A DNA stretch of 32,000 nucleotides from Promethearchaeota archaeon (GTDB lineage Archaea; Asgardarchaeota; Lokiarchaeia; Sigyniarchaeales; Promethearchaeaceae): the NCBI GenBank assembly GCA_016933055.1, contig JAFGBS010000009.1:420001-452000 (forward strand), written 5' to 3'. Shown here piece after piece: positions 16,882-26,262 of the stretch. The notes beneath the pieces are model-generated. The model saw only the letters and a program-made list of their open reading frames with translations, had not been told where the DNA came from and searched no databases. The translations under genes and the position numbers were made by a program. Every line of letters begins with the position of its first letter. Positions within the stretch are counted from its first letter, which is position 1.

Positions 16882-18129
16882 TTAGGGATATAAACCCCTT
16901 AACGTTTTCGCTTTTAGCACTTTGGAAATCGCAACCATCAGTGCAGCTCTTCGGTAACTTATAGCATTTTTTTCCTTCATTCGATAGATCTCATCGAATG
17001 CATTTAGAATCACTCGTTCTAATTCTTTTGAGACTCGGGAAGCTGTCCACCGTAATTGAGAAATATCTTGTACCCATTCAAAATATCCGATAATAGCACC
17101 ACCCGAATTCGCCACAATATCGGGGATAACTGTGATATCTCCTCTCTCTTCCAATATTCGATCTGCTTTATAGGTTACAGGACTATGGGCACCTTCAATA
17201 ATAAGCTCACATTGAAGTTTATCAACGTTTAATCCTCGGATCTGGCTTTCACGCGCACATGGAACTAATGCATAACAGGGCAGTGTTAACATTTCTTCAT
17301 TTGTTATTGCATCAGCACGTTCATACCCAACAAGTGATCCGTGGGTTTCCTTGAAATGGATTACATCGTTGATATCTAAACCATTTGGGTTATATACACC
17401 AGTTTTACTATCGGAAATTGCGATTATTTTTGCACCAAATTGATTAATTGTTCGAGCAAAATTCTTTCCTACATGTCCAATTCCTTGAATAACAACTGAA
17501 TCATCTCGTAGGTCCTTTTCGGGATCACGGCGAACAACTTCGCGTAAAACATCAGCAATCCCCCATCCGATCGCTTGCTCATTTCCCACAATTCCACCAG
17601 TTTCAATTGGTTTTCCTGTACATACACTAGGTGTTGTTCTTCCTACCCCCATACTGTATGTATCAAACACCCACGCCATAGTTCGCTGTCCTGTTCCCAA
17701 ATCGGGTGAAATGATGTCTCGCTCTGGACCAATTATGTTAATAATCGAAGATATATACCGACGTATTAATCGCTCTCTTTCGGAATCCGATAAAAGATAC
17801 CTATCTGCAATGATAGCACCATGAGAACCTCCCATTGGAATACCAGAAAGTGCTGAAGACCAGCTGTTAATCATAGATAATGCTTGAATGCATTGAATAG
17901 TAGAATTTGGGTCCATTCGTAATCCTCCCCGTCCAGGTCCCATGCTATTTTGATGCAGAACTTTATACCCTTTGAACATACGCAATGTTCCGTCATCCAT
18001 TCGTACTGGCATATTTACAATGACAGTTCGAGCAGGTTTACTTAATATTCGTATGTAATCTTCACTTACTCCCATAATTTTCGCAGTGGTCACAAGTTGG
18101 TCTGTTACTTGATCTAATAATGTTGGCAT
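16882..18129 (-). CDS. Glutamate dehydrogenase-like protein lacking the catalytic lysines (probable regulatory subunit / pseudoenzyme)
   Basis: Full-length Glu/Leu/Phe/Val dehydrogenase fold, but GPGRGG, SWSS and GGSHG stand where the upstream paralog has GPGKGG, TWKC and GGAKG. Confidence 0.85.
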   Translation of the reverse strand: MPTLLDQVTDQLVTTAKIMGVSEDYIRILSKPARTVIVNMPVRMDDGTLRMFKGYKVLHQNSMGPGRGGLRMDPNSTIQCIQALSMINSWSSALSGIPMGGSHGAIIADRYLLSDSERERLIRRYISSIINIIGPERDIISPDLGTGQRTMAWVFDTYSMGVGRTTPSVCTGKPIETGGIVGNEQAIGWGIADVLREVVRRDPEKDLRDDSVVIQGIGHVGKNFARTINQFGAKIIAISDSKTGVYNPNGLDINDVIHFKETHGSLVGYERADAITNEEMLTLPCYALVPCARESQIRGLNVDKLQCELIIEGAHSPVTYKADRILEERGDITVIPDIVANSGGAIIGYFEWVQDISQLRWTASRVSKELERVILNAFDEIYRMKEKNAISYRRAALMVAISKVLKAKTLRGLYP

Positions 18130-18136
18130 GATAATT

Positions 18137-18143
18137 CCTCCTT
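18137..18143 (-). promoter_or_regulatory. Shine-Dalgarno AAGGAGG for the degenerate gdh
   Basis: cctcctt on +, 7 nt from the ATG at 18129, inside the 19-nt gap between the two gdh genes. Confidence 0.7.
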
Positions 18144-18148
18144 ATTTT

Positions 18149-19408
18149 TTACGGAAAAAACCCCCTATATTCAACAGCTTTAGCGACTCTCTGAACGGCA
18201 ATGAGATAAGCAGCAAGCCGAAAACTGATTTTTTTCTTATTTTCTTTCATTACATAGACTTGATCAAAAGCATCCAGCATGATTTTTTCTAATTCTTCAT
18301 TCACTTGCTCTAAAGACCAACGTAATGCACTAAGATCTTGTACCCATTCGAAATATGAGCACGTGACACCGCCTGCATTAGCTAATATATCGGGAATTAT
18401 TTCAATTCCTTTATTAAATAAAATTTTATCTGCTTCGGGCGTTGTTGGACCGTTAGCTCCTTCCACGATGAATTTACATTTAAGTTTCCCTGCATTTTCT
18501 GCGGTAATTTGATTTTCCAATGCAGCGGGGATGAGGAAATCGCACTCCAATTCCAATATTTCAGCATTGCTGATTTTCTTCACTTTTTTGTCTGGATAAT
18601 TCTCTAAAATTCGGTGTTTTTGTACATATTCAAACATCTTTTCGATGTTTAATCCTTCTGGATTATAATAACCCCCAGAAATATCAGAAACTGCTATAAT
18701 TTTAGCACCCCACTCATTTAAGGTCTTTGCTGCCCATGAACCCACATTTCCAAAACCTTGGACGACTACCGTTGTCTTCTTTAAATCTATCTTTTTACGC
18801 TTTGCGAGTTCACGTACCATGAAAGAAACACCCATTCCAGTTGCACTATTTCTCCCCAAAGAACCACCAATTTCTATGGGTTTACCCGTTACGACACCTG
18901 GAACGGTTTTCCCTACCCCCATACTATAGGTGTCCATAATCCAAGCCATCTCTTGTGGTCCCGTGTTCATATCAGGTGCTGGAATGTCGATTTGAGGACC
19001 TATCACTTCTATAATTGAAGAAGTGAATCTTCTTGTTAACTTTTCTACTTCTCTTGGAGACAATTTCGTTGGATCACACGTAACACCACCCTTTGCGCCA
19101 CCTAAAGGGAGATTTACCACTGCGCATTTCCACGTCATCCACATTGCAAGGGCCATTACTTCATCCATGTCAACCTTTGAGTCGTAACGAATGCCTCCCT
19201 TCCCCGGTCCCCGGGCATTGGAGTGGAGAACTCGATATCCTTCAAAAACTTCTATTTTTCCATTGTCCATTCGAACTGGAATACTTACGGAAACTATTTG
19301 TTGCGGATTGCTGAGGAAATTGTAAATGTTTTCTTCAACGCCTAAATAATCACATGCAAGCCTCAATTGCTCCAAAGCATTAGTGAATGGACTTTTTGCT
19401 TTTGTCAT
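18149..19408 (-). CDS. gdhA: Glutamate dehydrogenase (catalytic)
   Basis: GPGKGGIR, MTWKC, LPLGGAKGG, IPAPDMNT, VTGKP, QGFGNVG, EGANGPTT, PDILANAGGVTCSYFEWVQ. Confidence 0.96.
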   Translation of the reverse strand: MTKAKSPFTNALEQLRLACDYLGVEENIYNFLSNPQQIVSVSIPVRMDNGKIEVFEGYRVLHSNARGPGKGGIRYDSKVDMDEVMALAMWMTWKCAVVNLPLGGAKGGVTCDPTKLSPREVEKLTRRFTSSIIEVIGPQIDIPAPDMNTGPQEMAWIMDTYSMGVGKTVPGVVTGKPIEIGGSLGRNSATGMGVSFMVRELAKRKKIDLKKTTVVVQGFGNVGSWAAKTLNEWGAKIIAVSDISGGYYNPEGLNIEKMFEYVQKHRILENYPDKKVKKISNAEILELECDFLIPAALENQITAENAGKLKCKFIVEGANGPTTPEADKILFNKGIEIIPDILANAGGVTCSYFEWVQDLSALRWSLEQVNEELEKIMLDAFDQVYVMKENKKKISFRLAAYLIAVQRVAKAVEYRGFFP

Positions 19409-19449
19409 CTTAAAATTACACTTCCGTAGTGATATGATAACACTTAACC

Positions 19450-19457
19450 TATATAAA
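19450..19457 (-). promoter_or_regulatory. Archaeal TATA box (TTTATATA) of the gdh operon
   Basis: tatataaa on + is TTTATATA on -, about 42 nt upstream of the gdhA ATG. Confidence 0.55.
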
Positions 19458-19544
19458 CATTAGAGGTAGAAAAGGATAAAAATTCACCGATATTAAGAAA
19501 TGGGAATATAAAACCATACATGGGAACGAGGTGGGCTTTAAAGA

Positions 19545-19841
19545 TCATTTTATCAAATGTGTCACTTTATCAACGAGTTTATCCCATTTTTTAAGGGAGA
19601 TTTTATCCTTTTTACTGGGTATATAGGAATCTTCCTTAATCGTTATGAGTTTTATACATTCCTTGACGTGTTTTTCGTACTTGTTTCTATCTGTTCCTAA
19701 AAGACTCCATTTATTCGGTTCCGTTATAGATTGTTCTCCTATGATTGCCACATTCGGGGCGTTATCTATTGCTCGAAACACCGCTTTTATGACATTATCG
19801 GTTTTTAAGCGTAGATCTTCTACAGTTAGTTTCTCTTTCAT
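19545..19841 (-). CDS. Hypothetical protein (98 aa)
   Basis: Fills an otherwise empty gap, has protein-like composition, and a TTTATATA box lies 22-29 nt upstream of its ATG. No recognisable motif. Confidence 0.55.
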   Translation of the reverse strand: MKEKLTVEDLRLKTDNVIKAVFRAIDNAPNVAIIGEQSITEPNKWSLLGTDRNKYEKHVKECIKLITIKEDSYIPSKKDKISLKKWDKLVDKVTHLIK

Positions 19842-19862
19842 ATGATGAGTAAAATACGATCA

Positions 19863-19870
19863 TATATAAA
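19863..19870. promoter_or_regulatory. TATA element between divergent genes
   Basis: tatataaa in the 60-nt gap between the ATG at 19841 (-) and the ATG at 19902 (+). Confidence 0.45.
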
Positions 19871-19901
19871 TCGAAAGATGTTTAGAGAAAGATGTAGAAA
19901 A

Positions 19902-20789
19902 ATGACGTTTTCAATTGTTGCTTATAACCCAAAAAATGGAGATTTTGGAATAGCGGTTCAAAGTAAATTTATTTGTGTGGGTTCAATAGTTCCGTGGGCG
20001 AAAGCAAATATTGGTGCTGTAGCAACGCAAGCTATGGCAAATACAACCTTCGGTCCACGTGGTTTAGAATTACTTGGAAAAGGATATACTTCAGAAGAAG
20101 TCATAGTTGAATTACTGAAAGATGATCAGTTGAAAGATCAACGTCAAGTTGCTGTGATTGATAAAACAGGTAAAGCCGCAGCTTGGACGGGTAAAGATTG
20201 CTTTTATTGGGCGGGTCATAAGATTGGGAAAAACTATAGTTGTCAAGGAAACATTTTAGTGAGTGAAGATACTATCAACGAAATGGCTAAGGCATTCGAA
20301 TCTTCAAAAGGTGATCTTGCAGATAAACTTATAGCAACTTTAGCTTCTGTAGATGAATTTCCGAAATATGGGGATGTACGTGGAAAACAATCTGCTGCAT
20401 TATTGATTGTTCGAGAGAAAGGTGGTTATGGAGGATATACCGATAAATGGATAGATATTCGGGTGGATGAACACTCCGAGCCAATTCAGGAACTCCACCG
20501 CATATTTAATCTCTATTCAATGATTTTCTTAGAACGTGAGGATGAATCTAACTTATGGGATATTGAAGGAGAAATAGAACATAACATTAAAGATGTACTA
20601 ATTGAGCTCAATTATCTTAAAACCGAAGCAGTGTCCAGAGAAGAACTACAAACTGCATTGGAAAATTGGACGGGTATCAACAATTTCGAGAATAAATTGG
20701 TTGAAAATAAAATATGGAAATCGGTTTATGATTATATGATGGAAGTGAAAGGGACTCCTATGGTATCTCTCCGGAAAATGTCAGAATAA
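19902..20789 (+). CDS. DUF1028 family protein (Ntn-hydrolase-like)
   Basis: Starts MTFSIVAY, then FGIAVQSKF..VGSIVPWA, GAVATQA, QRQVAVID, QGNIL, GDVRGKQSAALL, IDIRVDEH. The family-typical start is the ATG at 19902. Confidence 0.88.
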   Translation: MTFSIVAYNPKNGDFGIAVQSKFICVGSIVPWAKANIGAVATQAMANTTFGPRGLELLGKGYTSEEVIVELLKDDQLKDQRQVAVIDKTGKAAAWTGKDCFYWAGHKIGKNYSCQGNILVSEDTINEMAKAFESSKGDLADKLIATLASVDEFPKYGDVRGKQSAALLIVREKGGYGGYTDKWIDIRVDEHSEPIQELHRIFNLYSMIFLEREDESNLWDIEGEIEHNIKDVLIELNYLKTEAVSREELQTALENWTGINNFENKLVENKIWKSVYDYMMEVKGTPMVSLRKMSE

Positions 20790-20798
20790 TACATATGT

Positions 20799-23396
20799 TC
20801 ATGAATCTCGAAGATCCCATAACGATTTTATCCTTAGTGAATCAAAGATTTCTCTCGTAGTAGTTTCTGTTTTTTGAAGAAATGGATTCAGTTTGATCTC
20901 AATTGTTTTTTCATAATTTGGTTCCATCAAAAAGAAATTGTCCGAAGGAATGAGATCAAATTTAGTAGATTCAATAAAAACATAAGGTGCTACCTTATCG
21001 GTCATAATGTGAATCCTACATGAATTTTTTCTCGACTTATCTGCAATCAATTCTACTCGAAAATCAGGTTTTTGGAGTTGAAGATCTTTAGGACGACCGA
21101 GTAAATGAAAATTCTCGTATATTTTCCCCTCATCGTCTTTCATTCTCACGATTATCATCAGCTGATTTTTATTTCTTGGTTTATTTTTGAATTCTTGAAT
21201 TAGAATCAATTTTGATGATAGTGCTGGAATTAAATGACTTTCTTCTGTAGATTCTTTATTCCTTGATAGGATGATTCCTTTAGAATCACATATGCAATAT
21301 GAGATTGCCAACATTTGTTCCGATTTTGTGTCATTTACAACCCAGAATTCTACATTATTACTCTGATCTAATATAATAGGTAATAAGGGAGCGTAAAATC
21401 GTCGTGCAAAAAAGTGAAGCGCTTTCCATCGTCCAAAATAATCCAAAGAACTCCAACTAGCGACAGGCCAACAGTCGTTCAATTGCCAGTAGAGTGACCC
21501 CATACAACGCAAATCATTTCTATAGCGTCTCCAGTGTTCCACACCATATTTCATGGCTTCCGCTTGGGTAATTTGGGATAAAATTACTTGCTTCTCAAAC
21601 TCCTTTGGCATTGAAAAACGCTTTCTCATGTAATTAAGGATTTTCTTATTACCTGCAGAATTTTTTTGGTGATTTTCCATGATAGGAGAAAATATATTCA
21701 TTTGGTCTTTGGGACAGAATTCTTGAATCGTGTGTATATTAGGAAAACTTTCGAATCCATATTCTGACATGAAACGAGAATGTTGTTTTCGGTAGGAAGA
21801 AAATGGTCTTCCACCATGCCATACTCCCCAATAGTGCCTATCTCCATAATTATTTTTGTTTAAACTTAAAGGACTTGCTTTAATTTTACCTGAAAAACCA
21901 CCCTTCGATGGAGAGCTAGGCCAGTAATCATGTTGGGGATCATACTGGTTGATGATTTGAGGAAGAATTTTTTCAAAAAATTCAATATAACTTCTTTTAT
22001 ATTTGCGCTTTTTTAAGATAACCCTTGAAAGAACCAATAACACATCAAAAAGAGCCTCGATTTCATTGTTTCCGCACCATAATGCCAAACATGCATGATG
22101 ACGTAATCGAATAATGTTTTCAATGGTTTCCTCTTTAATGTTAGCCAAGAAGTCTGGATCGAAAAGGGGATATAAGGCGCATGCGAAGGGGAAATCCTGC
22201 CATATTAATAGTCCAAGGTGATCACATAAATCATAAAATTCATCATCTTCGTAAATTCCTCCCCCCCATACTCTAATAAGGTTAAAATTCGCTTCTTTTG
22301 CGAATTGAAGATTCATTTGGTATAGATGACGCTTCTTTCCCCGTGAAATAAAACTATCTATGGGAATCCAATTTGCTCCTTTTCCAAAAATAGGAATTCC
22401 ATTCAATCGAAAATAAAAAGTTTCTCCCCATTTATCTGCATTTCTTATTAATTGTATATCTCTTAACCCAAGTGTGAGAGTTTTGGTATCTATTATTGTA
22501 TAATTATCGGCAAGGGACACCTCTAAGGTATAAAGAGAAGGTTCACCTAAATCATGACACCACCAGAGTTCCGGGTCCTCGATCAATAATTCAAAAATTT
22601 CTTCGCTCTTGACGGTCACCTTATTTTTCTGGTATTCCTTTCCGAGAGGAGAGAATAGTCGAACTTGGAGAACATAGTTATGCAAATCCCGACTATCAAT
22701 AACGGTGTCGATCTCAAGTTTAACCAACTTGATTGTGGGGTAATTTTTATTCCCGTCTTCAAATTGCTTATCATAATAAAAGTAAGATCGAGGATGAATA
22801 CTCTGAATAGAAACATTATCTGAGAATATAAGTTCGATTGGTTTCCATATCCCGATATCTGGTAATTTTGGTCCCCAATCCCATCCGAAACTATATTGCG
22901 CTTTCCTAATATACGGAATTCCTTCAATTGCAGTATCTTTACGACCTGTTGTGAGTCGATCTTTCGATTTACATATCTTATATCTCGCAATTTTTGTAGG
23001 GCTTGTAAATTCCACCATTAGATGATTATCAGTCGATTTAATAAGGGGTTTTACATCAAATTCATATCTACGGAACATATTTTGAGTTTTTCCAAGAAGT
23101 TCTCCGTTCAATCTTATTTCAACAATGGTATCCAGCCCGTAAAATCGAAGTATAATTGTAGAATAGGATAACAATTTGGGATCGACATCGAACCACTTTT
23201 CATAAATCCAATCACTTTCGTAAACCCAGTCGGCATTTTTTTCCTCGAGTCCATAAAATGGATCTGGGATTATGTTTCTTTCGATGAGTGCTTCAAAAAC
23301 CGTGGTGGGAACTGAACAATTGAGAATTAAATTTCTTTCTTTCTGAATTAACTGCCACTCATCATTTAATGGAAGTTTCCTAACGGGTTTAATCAT
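20799..23396 (-). CDS. Beta-mannosidase, glycoside hydrolase family 2
   Basis: RKAQYSFGWDWGP, KGANWIP, RVWGGGIYE, WQDFPFACALYP, LWCGNNE (acid/base), SEYGFESFP (nucleophile), WQLNDCWP. ATG at 23396; TTG at 23405 is an alternative. Confidence 0.93.
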   Translation of the reverse strand: MIKPVRKLPLNDEWQLIQKERNLILNCSVPTTVFEALIERNIIPDPFYGLEEKNADWVYESDWIYEKWFDVDPKLLSYSTIILRFYGLDTIVEIRLNGELLGKTQNMFRRYEFDVKPLIKSTDNHLMVEFTSPTKIARYKICKSKDRLTTGRKDTAIEGIPYIRKAQYSFGWDWGPKLPDIGIWKPIELIFSDNVSIQSIHPRSYFYYDKQFEDGNKNYPTIKLVKLEIDTVIDSRDLHNYVLQVRLFSPLGKEYQKNKVTVKSEEIFELLIEDPELWWCHDLGEPSLYTLEVSLADNYTIIDTKTLTLGLRDIQLIRNADKWGETFYFRLNGIPIFGKGANWIPIDSFISRGKKRHLYQMNLQFAKEANFNLIRVWGGGIYEDDEFYDLCDHLGLLIWQDFPFACALYPLFDPDFLANIKEETIENIIRLRHHACLALWCGNNEIEALFDVLLVLSRVILKKRKYKRSYIEFFEKILPQIINQYDPQHDYWPSSPSKGGFSGKIKASPLSLNKNNYGDRHYWGVWHGGRPFSSYRKQHSRFMSEYGFESFPNIHTIQEFCPKDQMNIFSPIMENHQKNSAGNKKILNYMRKRFSMPKEFEKQVILSQITQAEAMKYGVEHWRRYRNDLRCMGSLYWQLNDCWPVASWSSLDYFGRWKALHFFARRFYAPLLPIILDQSNNVEFWVVNDTKSEQMLAISYCICDSKGIILSRNKESTEESHLIPALSSKLILIQEFKNKPRNKNQLMIIVRMKDDEGKIYENFHLLGRPKDLQLQKPDFRVELIADKSRKNSCRIHIMTDKVAPYVFIESTKFDLIPSDNFFLMEPNYEKTIEIKLNPFLQKTETTTREIFDSLRIKSLWDLRDS

Positions 23397-23491
23397 ACAT
23401 ATCAATCCGTATGTTCTTATTAGAATATTTCCTCAAACATAATTGAGTTAGTAGTGAAACGATTAATAATATTCAACACTTAGTTTTATTC

Positions 23492-24895
23492 ATGAAAGCT
23501 GCATTTGGAAGAGTTAACATAACACCGAAAGACTATAAAGGAAGGACTCTAGCGGGATATACTCCCATCCCCCTCTGTTCTGGTAAATTAGATGATATTT
23601 TCGCATCAGTATTCCTTTTTGAAGATAAGAAAGAGTATCTTATCCTCATTACCGCAGACTTTCTCAAGCTCCCAATTGCCTTCACCAATTATATTAAATT
23701 TAAGATCAATGAGATATTTGACATTCCTCCTAAGAATGTGTTAATTCATGCAACTCACACCCACAAAAGTTTTGATCAAGGGGGAGAGTTTCAGTTCAGT
23801 GGTGGGTGGGCAGGTGTTATGAAAGGTGTTATGTTTGGTGCTTATTATGCTGATGACAAATATAATGTATGGATTACAAGTAAATTACTCACCCTACTGC
23901 AAGGACTGAAAAAGAATCTTAGGAAATGCAAGATTGCATGGAAGAAACAAACAATTGAGGATGACTTGATTATTAATAGAAGACATCCCACTCGAATGTC
24001 GAAATCTGATTTAGGATTAATCGTTATCAATGAAATCAACTCTCCAACCAATATAGGAACCATCGTTACCTTCTCTTCACATCCCACAACTCTAAACTTT
24101 AGCATTGATAAACTATCTGCTGATTATCCAGGGCAATTAGTTCATCATCTGGAAGAAATTTCTAATGGTAAACTCAATGTTGCATTTTTTACAGCTCCCT
24201 GTGCTGACCTAAATCCCATAACCACCTGTGGAACTGAATTTGAGAAATTATCAAAAAATCCCAATAGTCAATTCAATGAAAATGAGATCTATCAGCAATA
24301 TGGGACGTATGAACACACTAAAAAACTCGGATTTACACTTGCTGAAAAAGCACATGAACTATTCCTATCTTTGAAAGAAGACGAATTTATTGAAAACTTC
24401 ACTTTTTCTGCATATTTACGAACTTTTTATATGCCAATGAAGGATTTCACCAATTACAAATCTAAGGTATGGTTATCTAACCGATTGAAATTTATGTTTA
24501 AAAGGTGGTTGCTTATCCAAATTCCACTCGTTATGGCAAATTCCAAAAAACCAAACTTTCCTGGATTCTCCATACAGCGTGGAAAAGGAGAAGTAGTGGC
24601 GGAAACTGCAGTTCAAATCCTAAAAATCGAAACTAATAAAAAGCAGTTATTAATTACGGGTATTCCGGGAGAACTTTTTGAGGATATTGCAAGAGAATTC
24701 TATGAAACCTCCCCTTTAGGCCGAGAAAACACATTTATATTTCAGAACTCGAATGATTGGATCGGATATCTTCTTCCATTGGAGGAATATGTACAAGAAG
24801 GTGGTTATGAAGCATTCACAAGTTTTAGCCCCTTAGCAGGTGAATACGTCCGCAAAAATTATTATGAATTGTTGAAGGAAGCAGAACACGTATGA
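23492..24895 (+). CDS. Neutral/alkaline ceramidase-like metallo-amidohydrolase
   Basis: FGRVNITP, HATHTH, INRRHP, FSSHPT, SADYPG, PGELF, NDWIGYL and GGYEA follow the ceramidase-N-like family pattern. Substrate unknown. Confidence 0.7.
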   Translation: MKAAFGRVNITPKDYKGRTLAGYTPIPLCSGKLDDIFASVFLFEDKKEYLILITADFLKLPIAFTNYIKFKINEIFDIPPKNVLIHATHTHKSFDQGGEFQFSGGWAGVMKGVMFGAYYADDKYNVWITSKLLTLLQGLKKNLRKCKIAWKKQTIEDDLIINRRHPTRMSKSDLGLIVINEINSPTNIGTIVTFSSHPTTLNFSIDKLSADYPGQLVHHLEEISNGKLNVAFFTAPCADLNPITTCGTEFEKLSKNPNSQFNENEIYQQYGTYEHTKKLGFTLAEKAHELFLSLKEDEFIENFTFSAYLRTFYMPMKDFTNYKSKVWLSNRLKFMFKRWLLIQIPLVMANSKKPNFPGFSIQRGKGEVVAETAVQILKIETNKKQLLITGIPGELFEDIAREFYETSPLGRENTFIFQNSNDWIGYLLPLEEYVQEGGYEAFTSFSPLAGEYVRKNYYELLKEAEHV

Positions 24896-26262
24896 AGTCC
24901 CTTCCTAATATAATTTTTATTATTACTCATGATACAGGAAATTATTTTGGATGCTATGGATATTCCGTAAAAACCCCCAATATAGATCGTCTTGCGAATG
25001 AGGGGGTAATTTTCCTAAATCATTTCAGTTGTGCACCACAATGCACCCCCAGTAGAGGAGGAATATTGACCGGTAAGTTACCCCATTCCAATGGTTTGAT
25101 GGGATTAACTAATATGGGATGGGATTTGCCCGATCATAATAAAACAATCCCTCAACTCCTAAAAAAAGCCGGATATAGTACTCATCTTGTGGGATTACAG
25201 CATACTCATCATCATCCCAAAAAACTCGGATATGATACTATCAGTCCACGAACTGATTTTCCCTATATGGCTTCAACAGTAGTGAGAAGATTTAAGAAAT
25301 TTATAAAGCATGTAGATCAAGGAGAGATTAAGCAACCTTTTTTCTGTTCCGTGGGATTTTTTGAAACACATAGGCACTATGGATTCACAAGGGATGGTTC
25401 AAGTCCATTTAACACTTCCAAGACAAGATTTCCGGCAGAACCAGAAGAAATCCAAATACCTTCATATCTTCCTACTGATTCATCTGCAGTTAAAAATGAC
25501 ATCTCTGATTTTGTTTCAAGTGTTAAAGAAGTTGATTATTATATTGGAAAAATACGAAAATCGATCGACAATTCTCTCATAAAAGAAAACACGATAATAA
25601 TATTTACTGTAGACCATGGAATCCCTCTTCCGAGGTCGAAATGCACCTTATATGATCCTGGGATCTCTGTTCCTCTCATTATACACATGCCTTCAGAGAT
25701 AAAGGCAAAAAAAGTCGACGATTTAGTATCAAACGTTGATATCTTACCCACTTTATTAGATCTGGTAGGATTAGATTTCCCAGAAGATCTACATGGTAAT
25801 AGCTTAACAGGATTACTGATAGAGGATAGTAATAATAAATATAATTCCCGGAATCACATATATGCTGAACTAACATTTCATGATAACGGATTCAATCCCA
25901 TTCGGTGTCTACGTACTAAAAAATGGAAATATATACGAAATCTGGTTCCATGGGGGTGCTTATTCGAGATACCGAATGATGTATTCCATTCTTTGTCTGG
26001 AAAAGCATTCCTTGAAGCGCACCCCGAATTCTATAGTCCACGAGCGACAGAAGAACTGTATGATCTAGAATTAGATCCTTTCGAGATGAACAATCTTGCG
26101 AAAGATCAAAAATATTCAGCGGTGAAACACGATTTAAGTACTCACTTAATGAAATTTCTGAAAAATACCGAAGATCCCGCACTTCATGGAGAGATTCTGG
26201 AACCAGAAGTGCCTGAAGAAGGCCCCCAAAAATATATATATGATCTCGAGACGGAATCATGA
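24892..26262 (+). CDS. Cys-type sulfatase, sulfamidase (SGSH)-like
   Basis: PNIIFIITHD, CTPSR (25042-25056), LTGKLPHSNGLMGL, DHGIPLPRSKCTLYD, ELYDLELDPFEMNNLA. ATGA overlap with the upstream gene. Confidence 0.92.
   Translation: MKSLPNIIFIITHDTGNYFGCYGYSVKTPNIDRLANEGVIFLNHFSCAPQCTPSRGGILTGKLPHSNGLMGLTNMGWDLPDHNKTIPQLLKKAGYSTHLVGLQHTHHHPKKLGYDTISPRTDFPYMASTVVRRFKKFIKHVDQGEIKQPFFCSVGFFETHRHYGFTRDGSSPFNTSKTRFPAEPEEIQIPSYLPTDSSAVKNDISDFVSSVKEVDYYIGKIRKSIDNSLIKENTIIIFTVDHGIPLPRSKCTLYDPGISVPLIIHMPSEIKAKKVDDLVSNVDILPTLLDLVGLDFPEDLHGNSLTGLLIEDSNNKYNSRNHIYAELTFHDNGFNPIRCLRTKKWKYIRNLVPWGCLFEIPNDVFHSLSGKAFLEAHPEFYSPRATEELYDLELDPFEMNNLAKDQKYSAVKHDLSTHLMKFLKNTEDPALHGEILEPEVPEEGPQKYIYDLETES

Noticed and set aside
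16882-18129. Second gdh as a decaying pseudogene
   Set aside because: No stops or frameshifts, full length, strong Shine-Dalgarno site, and the losses fall on the active-site lysines while the fold motifs are kept.
23414-23425. TTCT-tatt-AGAA palindrome in the mannosidase/ceramidase-like divergent region
   Set aside because: Only 4-bp arms in very AT-rich DNA; expected by chance.
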